Both the position numbers and the translations under genes were made by a program. Under the pieces are notes generated by a model that searched no databases, was not told the origin of the DNA, and worked only from the letters and a program-made list of their open reading frames with translations. Below, piece after piece: positions 17,711-26,652 of a DNA stretch of 37,805 nucleotides (position 1 is its first letter; each line of letters starts with the position of its first letter). Location: the NCBI GenBank assembly GCA_030917555.1, contig JAUPUN010000004.1:1-37805 (forward strand). The letters run 5' to 3'. The DNA comes from Patescibacteria group bacterium. GTDB lineage: Bacteria; Patescibacteriota; Minisyncoccia; UBA6257.

Positions 17711-17902
17711 ATGAAAAACCTGAAACAAAAATCATATCGCAAAAGAATCAAAATTACGAAACAAGGCAAAATGCTAAGAAGAGCTAGCCATCAAGGGCAT
17801 AATCAGGCTAAACAACCTGCTAAAATAAAAAGACAGAGAAGAAAACTTGTCCTTCTCAGCCATCCTAAATATGTAAAAAATTGCAAAAGACTTTTACCAT
17901 AA
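17711..17902 (+). CDS. rpmI: 50S ribosomal protein L35
   Basis: 63 aa, highly basic, with KRIKITKQGKMLRRASHQGH. Lies between infC and rplT. Confidence 0.9.
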   Translation: MKNLKQKSYRKRIKITKQGKMLRRASHQGHNQAKQPAKIKRQRRKLVLLSHPKYVKNCKRLLP

Positions 17903-17908
17903 ATAATT

Positions 17909-18256
17909 ATGACTAGAGTTAAACGAGGCACTATTGCCAATAAAAGACGAAAAAACCTACTCAAAGAGGCTAAAGGTTTTCGTTATGGTAGAAAAAATAA
18001 ATATCGTCAAGCTAAAGAAGCCTTATTACATGCCTGGAGCCATTCTTTCAAAGATAGAAAAAGGAAAAAACGAGAAAAAAGACAATTATGGGAAATAAAA
18101 ATTAATGCTGCTGCTAGAGAAAATGGCATAACTTATAGCCAATTGATTAATCATCTAAGACAGAAAAACATTAAAATTGATAGAAAAATTTTAGCTGAAT
18201 TATCTGAAAAGCAACCTCACATTTTTCAAGCCATAGTAGCAGAGATTAAAAAATAA
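17909..18256 (+). CDS. rplT: 50S ribosomal protein L20
   Basis: MTRVKRGTIANKRRKNLLKEAKGFRYGR and the rest of the sequence are typical of L20. Confidence 0.95.
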   Translation: MTRVKRGTIANKRRKNLLKEAKGFRYGRKNKYRQAKEALLHAWSHSFKDRKRKKREKRQLWEIKINAAARENGITYSQLINHLRQKNIKIDRKILAELSEKQPHIFQAIVAEIKK

Positions 18257-18272
18257 ATCTCAATTAAATTTT

Positions 18273-18299
18273 AAAAAGCCCCCAACCAGGGGCTTTTTT
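18273..18299. terminator. Bidirectional intrinsic terminator between the convergent rplT and membrane-protein genes
   Basis: Perfect 10-bp stem aaaaagcccc/ggggcttttt with loop caacca. There are T-runs on both strands. It overlaps the stop codon of the minus-strand gene. Confidence 0.65.
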
Positions 18300-18948
18300 A
18301 ATCTCTTAAAGGAAAATAATACTGAGGAGTAATTTTTTTCTGGTGATAAAAATATTTTTTGAGAGGCAAGAGAATCAGAAAACTGACTAACTGGCAGAAA
18401 GCCACAAAAATAAAAACTAAAGGAAATCCAAGGACGGCCGCCAATGAGCTTCCTATTAAAACTGCCAAAGCTGAACCAAAATTAAAACCAGTACTATTCA
18501 AAGACCATTCAAAACTTACTCTTTTAGGATTAATATAACGGGTAAAAAGAGCATTCCAAGGTGGCACATAAAGAGCATCAGCAATACCATAAAGAAAGAA
18601 AATTAAATAAAGTTCAACTATTGATTGAGAAAATAACAATAATAAAGGCACTACTAGATTTAAAAATTGACCAAAAAGCAAAGCAAAATAATCATCAACC
18701 TCTCCTTCTGTTTTATCCAAATAATTGGAAATAATTAATTGAAAAACTCCTTTTACTACAAAATAAATAAAATAGCAAACACCAATAGTTCCTAAAGAGC
18801 TCCCAATTATTTTGTCTAAAACAAAAACAGCAAAAATAGGATTAATAAAAGCCCAACCAGTTAAACAAAGAATATTGTTAATAATTAAAGTTTTAATTAC
18901 TGGATGAACTTTAGTTTGAAAGATATTTTTCAAAGACAGCTGTTTCAT
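18298..18948 (-). CDS. Polytopic membrane protein (~6 TM), resembling half of an MFS transporter
   Basis: 216 aa and very hydrophobic, with a charged loop YLDKTEGEVDD after TM2. Assignment is by eye only. Last gene of the EndoQ-Clp operon. Confidence 0.45.
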   Translation of the reverse strand: MKQLSLKNIFQTKVHPVIKTLIINNILCLTGWAFINPIFAVFVLDKIIGSSLGTIGVCYFIYFVVKGVFQLIISNYLDKTEGEVDDYFALLFGQFLNLVVPLLLLFSQSIVELYLIFFLYGIADALYVPPWNALFTRYINPKRVSFEWSLNSTGFNFGSALAVLIGSSLAAVLGFPLVFIFVAFCQLVSFLILLPLKKYFYHQKKITPQYYFPLRD

Positions 18949-18952
18949 AATT

Positions 18953-21460
18953 TTAAGAAGTAACCGTCAGCTGAAAGTTATTATTTACTACAGTACAAAA
19001 CACTTTGTCACCAGCTTTTACTTTGTTTTTTAAAATTAATTGAGCTAATTCATCTTTAATAAAATGTCTAATTACCGTATCAAGAGGTCTTGCCCCAAAA
19101 ATAGGGTTATAACCTAATTGAGCCAATCTTTCTACCACAGAGAAATCAAATTCTAGGGAAATTTTCTTTTCCAACATAGTCAATTGTAAAGAATTTAATT
19201 TTAATTTTACAATTTCTTTGAGGTGTTCTTGAGTTAAAGGACGAAAGACTACTACTTCATCGAAACGATTAAGCAATTCTGGATTGAAATAATTAGTTAA
19301 TTTCTTTTTTAATTGTTCAGTTAAAGTATTAAAAGCAGTCCCTTTTTCTATTTCATCTTTAATATAATCAGATAAGGCATTAGAAGTAGCAATAATAATA
19401 GTATTAGTAAAGTCAATAGTATTACCTAGATTATCAGTTAACCTTCCTTCGTCAAAGAGAGGTAAAAACAAATCTAAAACCTTAGGATGGGCTTTTTCAA
19501 ATTCATCTAAGAGAATCAAAGAAAAAGGACGTTCTTTCACTGCCTCGGTTAAAACTCCGCTAGTTTGACCTTCCGGATCACCAATAAAACGAAAAACTCC
19601 TCGCTGATCTTGATATTCTGACATATCAAAACGAATCATCAGTTTTTCGCTACCAAAATATACTTTGGCTAAAATTTTCGAGAGTTCTGTTTTTCCTACT
19701 CCAGTAGGACCAACAAAAAGAAATACTCCGATAGGTTTATTAGGATTAGCTAGACCGGCTCGATATTGACGCAAAGCGTCGGCTACTAACGCTACTGCTT
19801 CTTCTTGATTAATAAATGATTTATGAATGTCTTGCTCTAGGGAGAGTAATCTCTCAGTTTCTTCTCCTTGGGATACCTCAAGAGGAATACTAGTTTTAAC
19901 ACTGACTAAATTAACAATATCCTGTTCTGTTACCAATTTCTGTTTTCTTTGACGTGCTCCCTCAAGAGCTTCTGTTAGCAACGACTCAGCAGAAGAAGGT
20001 AAAGGAGTATCAGTTAAAAAACGTTTAGCTAAAAGCACAGCTCTCTTAAGAGCCTGATAACTAATTTTAATCTTGGTTTTTCTCTGCCAGCTTAAAGATT
20101 GAAAAGCTAAAATTTTAAGAGCTTCAACTTCAGAAACTTCCTGAACTCGAATTATTTCAAAAGAATTTTTGACTGTAGAATCAATCTCTAATAAACGATG
20201 GAAATCAACTGGAGTGCTGGTAGCGATTAGAGGAGTATTACCTTCAAAAAGAGGTTTTAAAATTTCAAAAGCGCTTAATCCACCTTCCTGAGTTAAAAGT
20301 TTATAATTATGAAGATCTGACAAATAAAGAATAATGTCATTATTAGCTAAAACTTCTTTAACAATCTGGTCTAAACGATTACAGGCCTCAAAAGGCGTTT
20401 TTAAATCTTGAAATAAAGAGGAAAAAGATAAAGCAATAAGACGATAATCTCGTAAAACTGGTGGCACTTGTCCTCTAACTAAATTATAAGCTAAATAAGA
20501 AACAATCGTTTCCTTGCCAATTCCTGCTTCTCCTAACAGAAGAACATTATTTTTACCAGGTCGACTTAAAATTTTAACTAGTGCCTCATACTCTGTCAGA
20601 TGCCCTACCATCACCCCGATTTTGAGCCGCTGAGCTAAATCAGTAAAATCTACACTGAATTTATCTAAGGTAGGAGTTGGCCTAGAAGTTAGAGATCTAT
20701 TTACTCTAATTTTTTTAGGACGAAAGAAATTTTGAGGAGTATCAGTTAACCCCTTAATTGGTTCGACATTTTTTTTCTTAGCTAATAAATTAATAGCAAA
20801 AGCAATAGCTAAATCATTTTTCTCAATACCGAGTTCTTCTAAGAGTTTAACCGCTTCAGGATCAGTAAAATGAAATGCTCCTAACATTAAGCTATAAACA
20901 TCGAGAGAATCTCTTTTTAATTCTTGTGCTTCTGCTAAGGACTCGCGTGTTAATTGAAGAAAAAAATCTTGAACTGATTCTTTTGTTGACGAGGAATATT
21001 GTAATAATTGTTCTCGTAATTCCCCAAGATGCTCCGGCGTATAGTCTAAATAAGACAAAGATTGAATAATTTCCGGTTCATTAAAACAAAGATAGAAGAA
21101 AGAAGCTATTAGAGAAAGATGACGCTCCTGGCTGAAAAATCTTGTTTCGCTCAATAAGTCTTTTGCCTGAGGGGAAAGAAAAACTGCTAAATTAATTTTA
21201 TTTTTGGTCAGATACTTTTCATTCACAGGACAATCAGACATATTTTTTCTGAGGATGGCAAAGAAAAAGAAAAAAACTCCTAAAATCCCTCCAGCTCGAT
21301 ATCTCCCAAAACCCAGAAATACTAAAAACAAAGAAAATAAAAAACCTAAATAAAGAAAGGCTTGAAAAAAAACACGGTAAAGAAATTGCTTCCAGCGTGG
21401 CCAAAAAAGATAAGCATCTCTTAAAACAAATCGAGTTTGGTTCTTTGAATTTGTTTCCAT
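18953..21460 (-). CDS. Clp/Hsp100-family double-AAA+ ATPase with an N-terminal two-TM anchor and a degenerate first nucleotide-binding domain
   Basis: 835 aa. TM segments lie within aa ~25-70. NBD1 reads LLLGEAGIGKETIVSYLA (Walker A GK-E instead of GK-T/S, nt 20510-20533) and IILYLSDLHNY (Walker B SD-L instead of DE, nt 20303-20335). NBD2 is canonical: FVGPTGVGKTELSKILA, LILLDEFEKAHP, and the sensor region ARPL. Confidence 0.8.
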   Translation of the reverse strand: METNSKNQTRFVLRDAYLFWPRWKQFLYRVFFQAFLYLGFLFSLFLVFLGFGRYRAGGILGVFFFFFAILRKNMSDCPVNEKYLTKNKINLAVFLSPQAKDLLSETRFFSQERHLSLIASFFYLCFNEPEIIQSLSYLDYTPEHLGELREQLLQYSSSTKESVQDFFLQLTRESLAEAQELKRDSLDVYSLMLGAFHFTDPEAVKLLEELGIEKNDLAIAFAINLLAKKKNVEPIKGLTDTPQNFFRPKKIRVNRSLTSRPTPTLDKFSVDFTDLAQRLKIGVMVGHLTEYEALVKILSRPGKNNVLLLGEAGIGKETIVSYLAYNLVRGQVPPVLRDYRLIALSFSSLFQDLKTPFEACNRLDQIVKEVLANNDIILYLSDLHNYKLLTQEGGLSAFEILKPLFEGNTPLIATSTPVDFHRLLEIDSTVKNSFEIIRVQEVSEVEALKILAFQSLSWQRKTKIKISYQALKRAVLLAKRFLTDTPLPSSAESLLTEALEGARQRKQKLVTEQDIVNLVSVKTSIPLEVSQGEETERLLSLEQDIHKSFINQEEAVALVADALRQYRAGLANPNKPIGVFLFVGPTGVGKTELSKILAKVYFGSEKLMIRFDMSEYQDQRGVFRFIGDPEGQTSGVLTEAVKERPFSLILLDEFEKAHPKVLDLFLPLFDEGRLTDNLGNTIDFTNTIIIATSNALSDYIKDEIEKGTAFNTLTEQLKKKLTNYFNPELLNRFDEVVVFRPLTQEHLKEIVKLKLNSLQLTMLEKKISLEFDFSVVERLAQLGYNPIFGARPLDTVIRHFIKDELAQLILKNKVKAGDKVFCTVVNNNFQLTVTS

Positions 21461-21463
21461 AAG

Positions 21464-21808
21464 CTAACGCAAAGTTTTAATAATTAAAACAACTAAAATT
21501 CCGAGCCAACCTAAATAAACACACCAAAACAAAATACTAAAAATTACCAAGCAAGCTCCTCCCCCTAAAATTTTTAAAGCTCGAATAGGAATACTTAAAA
21601 GATAAGCGGGAAATGAGTATTCTTGCCACAACGGTACCAAAAAATAACGATAGTTAGTACTTACTCCCAGTTTTCTATCTAGCTCAAGTATAATTTTAAA
21701 ATAAATAGTGTTAAACCAATCAAAACTATAAATAAAATAAGTCTTAAAAAATTCCTTTAAATAAAAACCCAAACGAGATAAAAAATAAAGAAGAAAACTT
21801 TGACTCAT
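21464..21808 (-). CDS. Small membrane protein (about 3 TM), unknown function
   Basis: 114 aa and hydrophobic. Separated by 3 nt from each flanking gene, so likely translationally linked. Confidence 0.45.
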   Translation of the reverse strand: MSQSFLLYFLSRLGFYLKEFFKTYFIYSFDWFNTIYFKIILELDRKLGVSTNYRYFLVPLWQEYSFPAYLLSIPIRALKILGGGACLVIFSILFWCVYLGWLGILVVLIIKTLR

Positions 21809-21811
21809 AGC

Positions 21812-23077
21812 TTAATATTTAAAAAGTGCTTCTTGGTTGGGAGTTTGCTTTAACTCTTGATTTACTTTTACTTTTCCATACTCTCCGTCATAACCTGGTT
21901 CTAAAATAACTTGCCCCATCCTGACTTTGATAATAGCAGTTGCTATTTCTTGAGACGTAACTCGACTTAATTCTTCAAACTTAGCATCTAAAAGGATAAA
22001 AAATTCATTTGAAAAATAACTGATTAAATTTTGATATTCTGTTTCTACCAGCCGAGTTTTTACTTGGCAATTCAAAACATCTGCAATAATTTCTTTTAAG
22101 GGAACTAATTTCTTAAAAGGAATTGCTCCTGGAGGAATCACATCAGGAGGACGATCAGCTAATTCTTCCACTCTTGATAAGACTCCGATAGTTAAAGGTT
22201 TACCACAAACAGGACATCTGCCTTGCACTTTTTGCCGTTCCGAAGGAGACATTCTAACTTGACAAAAACGATGGCCATCATAATGATACTTTCCTTCCTC
22301 AGGAAAAAACTCAATAGTAAAAAGAAAATGCTGAGAGTCTTTTTTCAAAATTGTCTCTCGTAAATTCTCGTAATTAGGTTCGAAATCAAAAACATTAGCT
22401 TCCCGCCCGATATTTGCAGGCGAATGAGCATCGGAATTAGAAACCAAAGCAAATTTATCTAAAGCCGAAATTCTCCAGTTCATGGGAGGATCAGAACTTA
22501 AACCAGTTTCTAATGCAGCTAAGTATTTAGCATTCTCTCCAAAAGCTTCTTCTAAACTATTAAAACCAGATTTGGAACCAAAAACCGCAAACCAAGGAGT
22601 CCAAATGTGAGCTGGAATAAATAAAGCTCTAGGTTCGAGATTTAAAACTAATTTTAAAAGTTCTTCTGAATCTAAGCCAAGAATAGGCCTACCATCAGCA
22701 GCTAAATTACCTTGCCAAGAAAGAGCCTGATTAATTTTTTCTGCTGCCTCAAGGGATGGTAAAACAATCAAATTATGAACTCTCCTCACTTGACCACCTC
22801 GCTGATAAATATTAGAAATTTCCCCTGTCACTACAAATCTTACTTCTTTTTCTGATCCACTATAAAAAGACGCATTTTTTAAACGATAAAAACCCTCTTC
22901 AGCTGGTACTAATTTTTCTTTAAGTTCTTTAAACCATTGAGGATGAGTAAAATCACCGGTGCCTAAAAGATTAACTCCTTTTTTTTGGGCAGCTAAAGAA
23001 AAATGTTCTAAATCACTTTCTTTGGAAGTAGCTCGAGAGTATTTAGAATGAAGATGTAAATCAGCAATAATTTTCAT
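21812..23077 (-). CDS. PHP-domain endonuclease of the Endonuclease Q family
   Basis: 421 aa. Motifs ADLHLHSKYSRATS, GTGDFTHP, PAHIWTPW, SNSDAHSP, GKYHYDGHRFC...CPVCGKPLTIGV and GYDGEYGKV follow the order I recall for Pyrococcus EndoQ. The C-terminus is NQEALFKY. Confidence 0.72.
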   Translation of the reverse strand: MKIIADLHLHSKYSRATSKESDLEHFSLAAQKKGVNLLGTGDFTHPQWFKELKEKLVPAEEGFYRLKNASFYSGSEKEVRFVVTGEISNIYQRGGQVRRVHNLIVLPSLEAAEKINQALSWQGNLAADGRPILGLDSEELLKLVLNLEPRALFIPAHIWTPWFAVFGSKSGFNSLEEAFGENAKYLAALETGLSSDPPMNWRISALDKFALVSNSDAHSPANIGREANVFDFEPNYENLRETILKKDSQHFLFTIEFFPEEGKYHYDGHRFCQVRMSPSERQKVQGRCPVCGKPLTIGVLSRVEELADRPPDVIPPGAIPFKKLVPLKEIIADVLNCQVKTRLVETEYQNLISYFSNEFFILLDAKFEELSRVTSQEIATAIIKVRMGQVILEPGYDGEYGKVKVNQELKQTPNQEALFKY

Positions 23078-23101
23078 AAATATAGAATTCTGCTAATTAA
23101 A

Positions 23102-23110
23102 ATTATATCA
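23102..23110 (-). promoter_or_regulatory. Extended -10 box TGATATAAT for the EndoQ-Clp operon
   Basis: Plus strand attatatca. The box ends 24 nt upstream of the ATG at 23077 and lies just downstream of the terminator candidate at 23126-23149. Confidence 0.4.
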
Positions 23111-23125
23111 CAATACCAGATATTT

Positions 23126-23149
23126 AAAAACCACCAGTCTCTCCTGGCG
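23126..23149 (-). terminator. Intrinsic terminator candidate that closes a minus-strand transcript starting at or after tRNA-Arg
   Basis: Minus strand reads cgccag gagaga ctggtg g TTTTT. The 6-bp stem needs one G-U pair that exists only on the minus strand (it is an A-C mismatch on the plus strand). Confidence 0.4.
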
Positions 23150-23440
23150 ATTTTTAATTTGATTTTTAAAAATTTAATTTTCGACTTTTGTTTATTTTAA
23201 TTTTTTAAAAATGAGATTACTACGCCTGCGTGCCGTAACACACTTCGGCGTACCAGCACACTCGTTTCGCTCGCTCGCAATAATAAACATGATCTCACAA
23301 TGACAAATAAAACTCACCACCGTTCTCTACCTTACATTTTACTACCCCTAAAAACCTTACTAAGTAAAACTAGCATTTGTATTAACAAAAGATATTAATA
23401 AACAAAAATCTTTTGTCAAACAAGTTAAAACATGAACAAG

Positions 23441-23512
23441 TCCCCCCGGGAGGAATCGAACCTCCATTTCGGGCTCCGGAGGCCCGCGCTTTATCCGTTA
23501 AGCTACGAAGGG
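23441..23512 (-). tRNA. tRNA-Arg (anticodon CCG)
   Basis: Hand-folded cloverleaf. Acceptor CCCTTCG/CGGGGGG (two G-U pairs). D arm GCTT-AACGGATA-AAGC. Anticodon arm CGGGC-CTCCGGA-GCCCG. Variable loop AAAT. T arm GGAGG-TTCGATT-CCTCC. Discriminator A. CCA not encoded. Confidence 0.85.
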
Positions 23513-23619
23513 AATCTTGAGTAAAAAGTAACCTCACTGAGGAACTCCGGAGATTTCCGTGAAACTATTTAACTAAGAAAAGATTAAAATAGTTTTTAAA
23601 GGAAATAGTTAAATAAAGA

Positions 23620-24837
23620 TTAAACTACTAAGAAAGTCTGAAGAAGAGCACCAGCTACTAAAGCCACTAGAAGAAAAACAAAAATAAAATTATTAAGAGG
23701 CACTTCGAAAGCCGGCGTTAAATCTGGCTTCTCTTTGGCTTTTCTTAAAATTAATAAGACCATTGTTCCTTCAAAACCACCCAACATGCCACCCATAAAA
23801 GAAATTAAAGTTAGAATGTTACCTAAATGGCAAAAATACAAGATTAAAGGGCCAAGAATTACTAGAAAGTTACTTAAAAAGGGAGTCCATTTAAAATCAT
23901 TCAAAAAGCTTTTTTTAATATAATCTGCAAAAATTAAATAAGAAGTAACTACAGCTAAAAACCCTAAGCCAGAACCTAAAATAATGATGCCTGGTCCTAA
24001 AATCTTACTTAAACCTAAAATTGACTCAGGAGTAGTCTCAAAACCGGAAGCCCCCACCACAGTCAAAATAAACAAAAGATAGCAAGCAGCTGAAATAAGA
24101 ATACCGCTCACAATAATTTTCTTAAAAGTTTCTCGAGGAAGACGTTTGATTTTTAGAATTCGGTGAGCTGCTGGAACTGCCACTAAACCGTTTAAGGCAT
24201 AGAAGAAAACCCCGTAAGGTAAAAGCCAAGCTGCTTTACTAAGAGGAGGAAACCAGTTTACTCGGGAAAATTCAAAATGAGGCAGCAAGACCAAACCTAA
24301 AACTATAAATAAAACAACCAGTAAAATCGACAAAATAAAATTAATTTTAGTTAAATGGTCTCTTCTGCTTAACAAAATTAAGCTTAAAATAAGCCAAAGT
24401 AAAATCACTACAAACTCAAAGGGGAAAAGATTGCTAGGTAAAAAAGAAATTAATAAAGTTTGAAGAAACTGACTAGCAAGTAAAAGATAAATTAATAGCG
24501 AGAAAGAAAAAGTTAAAAAAGTAGTCAGAAACATTAAGCGCTGGGCAGGCGCACCCAAATAATAACCAGCATAACCAGGTAAACGATATTCTTTACTGGT
24601 CCGCAGTACTATTTCTCCAAAAGCTAAATGAAGATAGATAATGAAAACTAAAACCAGTAAAAACCAACCAAAGCTTACTAAAAAGCTGGCTTGCTCAACT
24701 ACATAAGGCAAGGTAAAGACCCCTGCTCCAATAATAGTACCTACCAGAGTGGCAATTGCTTCGCCTTGAGCCCAAAAAGAACGTTTACCGCTTAATAAAC
24801 TATTATTAAGTGGCTGCTGTTTAAAATTCTGTGTCAC
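23620..24837 (-). CDS. Amino-acid permease-like transporter (about 11 TM)
   Basis: 405 aa. N-terminal IATLVGTIIGAGVFTLPYVV is typical of the aromatic/hydroxy amino-acid permease type. Substrate unknown. Confidence 0.55.
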   Translation of the reverse strand: MTQNFKQQPLNNSLLSGKRSFWAQGEAIATLVGTIIGAGVFTLPYVVEQASFLVSFGWFLLVLVFIIYLHLAFGEIVLRTSKEYRLPGYAGYYLGAPAQRLMFLTTFLTFSFSLLIYLLLASQFLQTLLISFLPSNLFPFEFVVILLWLILSLILLSRRDHLTKINFILSILLVVLFIVLGLVLLPHFEFSRVNWFPPLSKAAWLLPYGVFFYALNGLVAVPAAHRILKIKRLPRETFKKIIVSGILISAACYLLFILTVVGASGFETTPESILGLSKILGPGIIILGSGLGFLAVVTSYLIFADYIKKSFLNDFKWTPFLSNFLVILGPLILYFCHLGNILTLISFMGGMLGGFEGTMVLLILRKAKEKPDLTPAFEVPLNNFIFVFLLVALVAGALLQTFLVV

Positions 24838-24859
24838 TGCTGTAAAGTAAATTAAAAAT

Positions 24860-25114
24860 TTAAACTGACACTAAATAAACTTCGCAACCTTCTTTAACCT
24901 TCTGTTCTACTTCTAAACCAATCTTATCTCCTTTTTTAGCCTGAGTTACTTGTTCGTGATCAATTTGCATGGAAGAAACCTGCTGTTTAAAATCAATCTC
25001 ATGACCGATAATATGAATCTCATCTCCTACTTTTAAAGTACCAGTAAGCTCCACAATAGCTACCTTAATTTTGTCATAATAATGAGTAATTGTACCTACT
25101 AATTTTTCTGACAT
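24860..25114 (-). CDS. Small beta-barrel protein resembling EF-Tu domain II (translation-protein barrel)
   Basis: 84 aa with the pattern VGTITHYYDKIKVAIVEL.G.LKVGDEIHIIG....F.Q.V.SMQIDHE.V..AKKGD.IGL.V. Assignment is by eye only. Confidence 0.45.
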   Translation of the reverse strand: MSEKLVGTITHYYDKIKVAIVELTGTLKVGDEIHIIGHEIDFKQQVSSMQIDHEQVTQAKKGDKIGLEVEQKVKEGCEVYLVSV

Positions 25115-25188
25115 ATTAAGAAAATTAATGATTAAGAAACCGACCTTTTAATTTGCTTTATTTTATCACAAATTTTGAAGAAAAGAAA

Positions 25189-26652
25189 CTAACCTTTAAT
25201 CACTGCCAGTGGTTTTAATTCAGCTACTTTTTGAGCCAAACCAGCTTGAGTAACCACCTCCACTACTTCGTTGATATCTTTATAAGCCCAAGGGGCCTCT
25301 TCTGGCAAACCTGCTAAATAATTTACTTTTACTAAAATTCCTTGTCGAGAAAGCTTTTGCTTTAATTCCTGACCAGAAATTTTCTTTAAAGCTTGATGTC
25401 GAGACATTACTCTACCTGCGCCATGACAAGCAGAATAAAAACTAGCTTCCGCTTCTTCAGTGCCACTTAAAACGTAAGAGGGTGACCCCATCGAACCAGG
25501 AATCAAAACTGGTTGACCAACTGCACGATATTTTAAAGGAATCTCAGGATGACCAGGCGGAAAAGACCGAGTAGCTCCTTTGCGATGAACAGCTAACAGC
25601 GTTTTCTTTCCCTCAAGCTGATACTCTTCTAATTTAATAATATTATGAGCTACATCGTAGAGCACTTGCAGAGTATTGTCTCTCTCGCCTAATACTTTTT
25701 GCCAAGCTTTCCTAAGATAATAACTAATCAATTGGCGATTAGCCCAAGCATAGTTAGCTGCTGCTTGCGAGGCTTTAAAACACGCTTGACCCTCTGGAGA
25801 CTGAAAAGGCACACAAGCAAACTCAGGATCAACTAAATTTAAGTAATATTTTTCACTTAAAGGAAGAAATTCTTTAATATAATCAGTAGCTACCTGATGA
25901 CCTAAGCCACGAGAACCAGTATGAATCATTAATACTACCTGTTTCAAAAATAAACCAAAGACCTGAGCAATTTCAGGTTGAAAAATCTGATTTACTACCT
26001 GAATCTCTAAAAAATGATTGCCAGCACCCAAAGTACCTAATTGAGCTTGACCTCTTTTTTTAGCCAAATCAGAAACAACTCCAGCCTCAGCTCCTTTGAG
26101 ATAACCACCAGCCTCACAATACTCTAAATCCTCTTCGTCTCCATAGCCTTCTTTAACTAATTGATACGCCCCTCCTTCTAAAATTTTATCCAATTGAGTT
26201 AAAGTTAATTTTGTCTCGCGACCTTGACCTAAACCAGAAGGAATATCTCGACTAATCTGATCAACTAGCCTTTCCAAATAGGGTCGGATTTCTTTCTCTT
26301 GATAAGGAGATGTCAAAATCCTCATTCCACAATTAATGTCATAACCCTGCATGCCAGGAGAAATAACCCCATCTTCTACCTTGAGAGCAGCTACTCCTCC
26401 AATAGGCGAAGCATAACCTTCATGAATATCAGGCAGAGCCAAACCATATTTTTGAATACCTTTTAAAGAACAAACATTTACTAGTTGTTCAAGAGATTTA
26501 TCTTGCAAGATCTCATTAAGTAATTTTTGGCTAGCATAAAATCGAGCAGGTACTAACATCTTCGGATTAAAAGATTTAGGAATTTCCCAAAGATACTCTG
26601 TAATTTGATGCAAATCTTCTTTTTTAATCATAATTTTGGTCTTAAAGATCAA
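25189..26652 (-). CDS. rtcB: RNA 3'-phosphate/5'-OH ligase RtcB
   Basis: 487 aa. Motifs GYDINCGMR, GAGNHFLEIQ, HTGSRGLGHQV and CHGAGR. Overlaps the archease gene by 11 nt. The true start may be the internal Met at codon 8. Confidence 0.95.
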   Translation of the reverse strand: MIFKTKIMIKKEDLHQITEYLWEIPKSFNPKMLVPARFYASQKLLNEILQDKSLEQLVNVCSLKGIQKYGLALPDIHEGYASPIGGVAALKVEDGVISPGMQGYDINCGMRILTSPYQEKEIRPYLERLVDQISRDIPSGLGQGRETKLTLTQLDKILEGGAYQLVKEGYGDEEDLEYCEAGGYLKGAEAGVVSDLAKKRGQAQLGTLGAGNHFLEIQVVNQIFQPEIAQVFGLFLKQVVLMIHTGSRGLGHQVATDYIKEFLPLSEKYYLNLVDPEFACVPFQSPEGQACFKASQAAANYAWANRQLISYYLRKAWQKVLGERDNTLQVLYDVAHNIIKLEEYQLEGKKTLLAVHRKGATRSFPPGHPEIPLKYRAVGQPVLIPGSMGSPSYVLSGTEEAEASFYSACHGAGRVMSRHQALKKISGQELKQKLSRQGILVKVNYLAGLPEEAPWAYKDINEVVEVVTQAGLAQKVAELKPLAVIKG

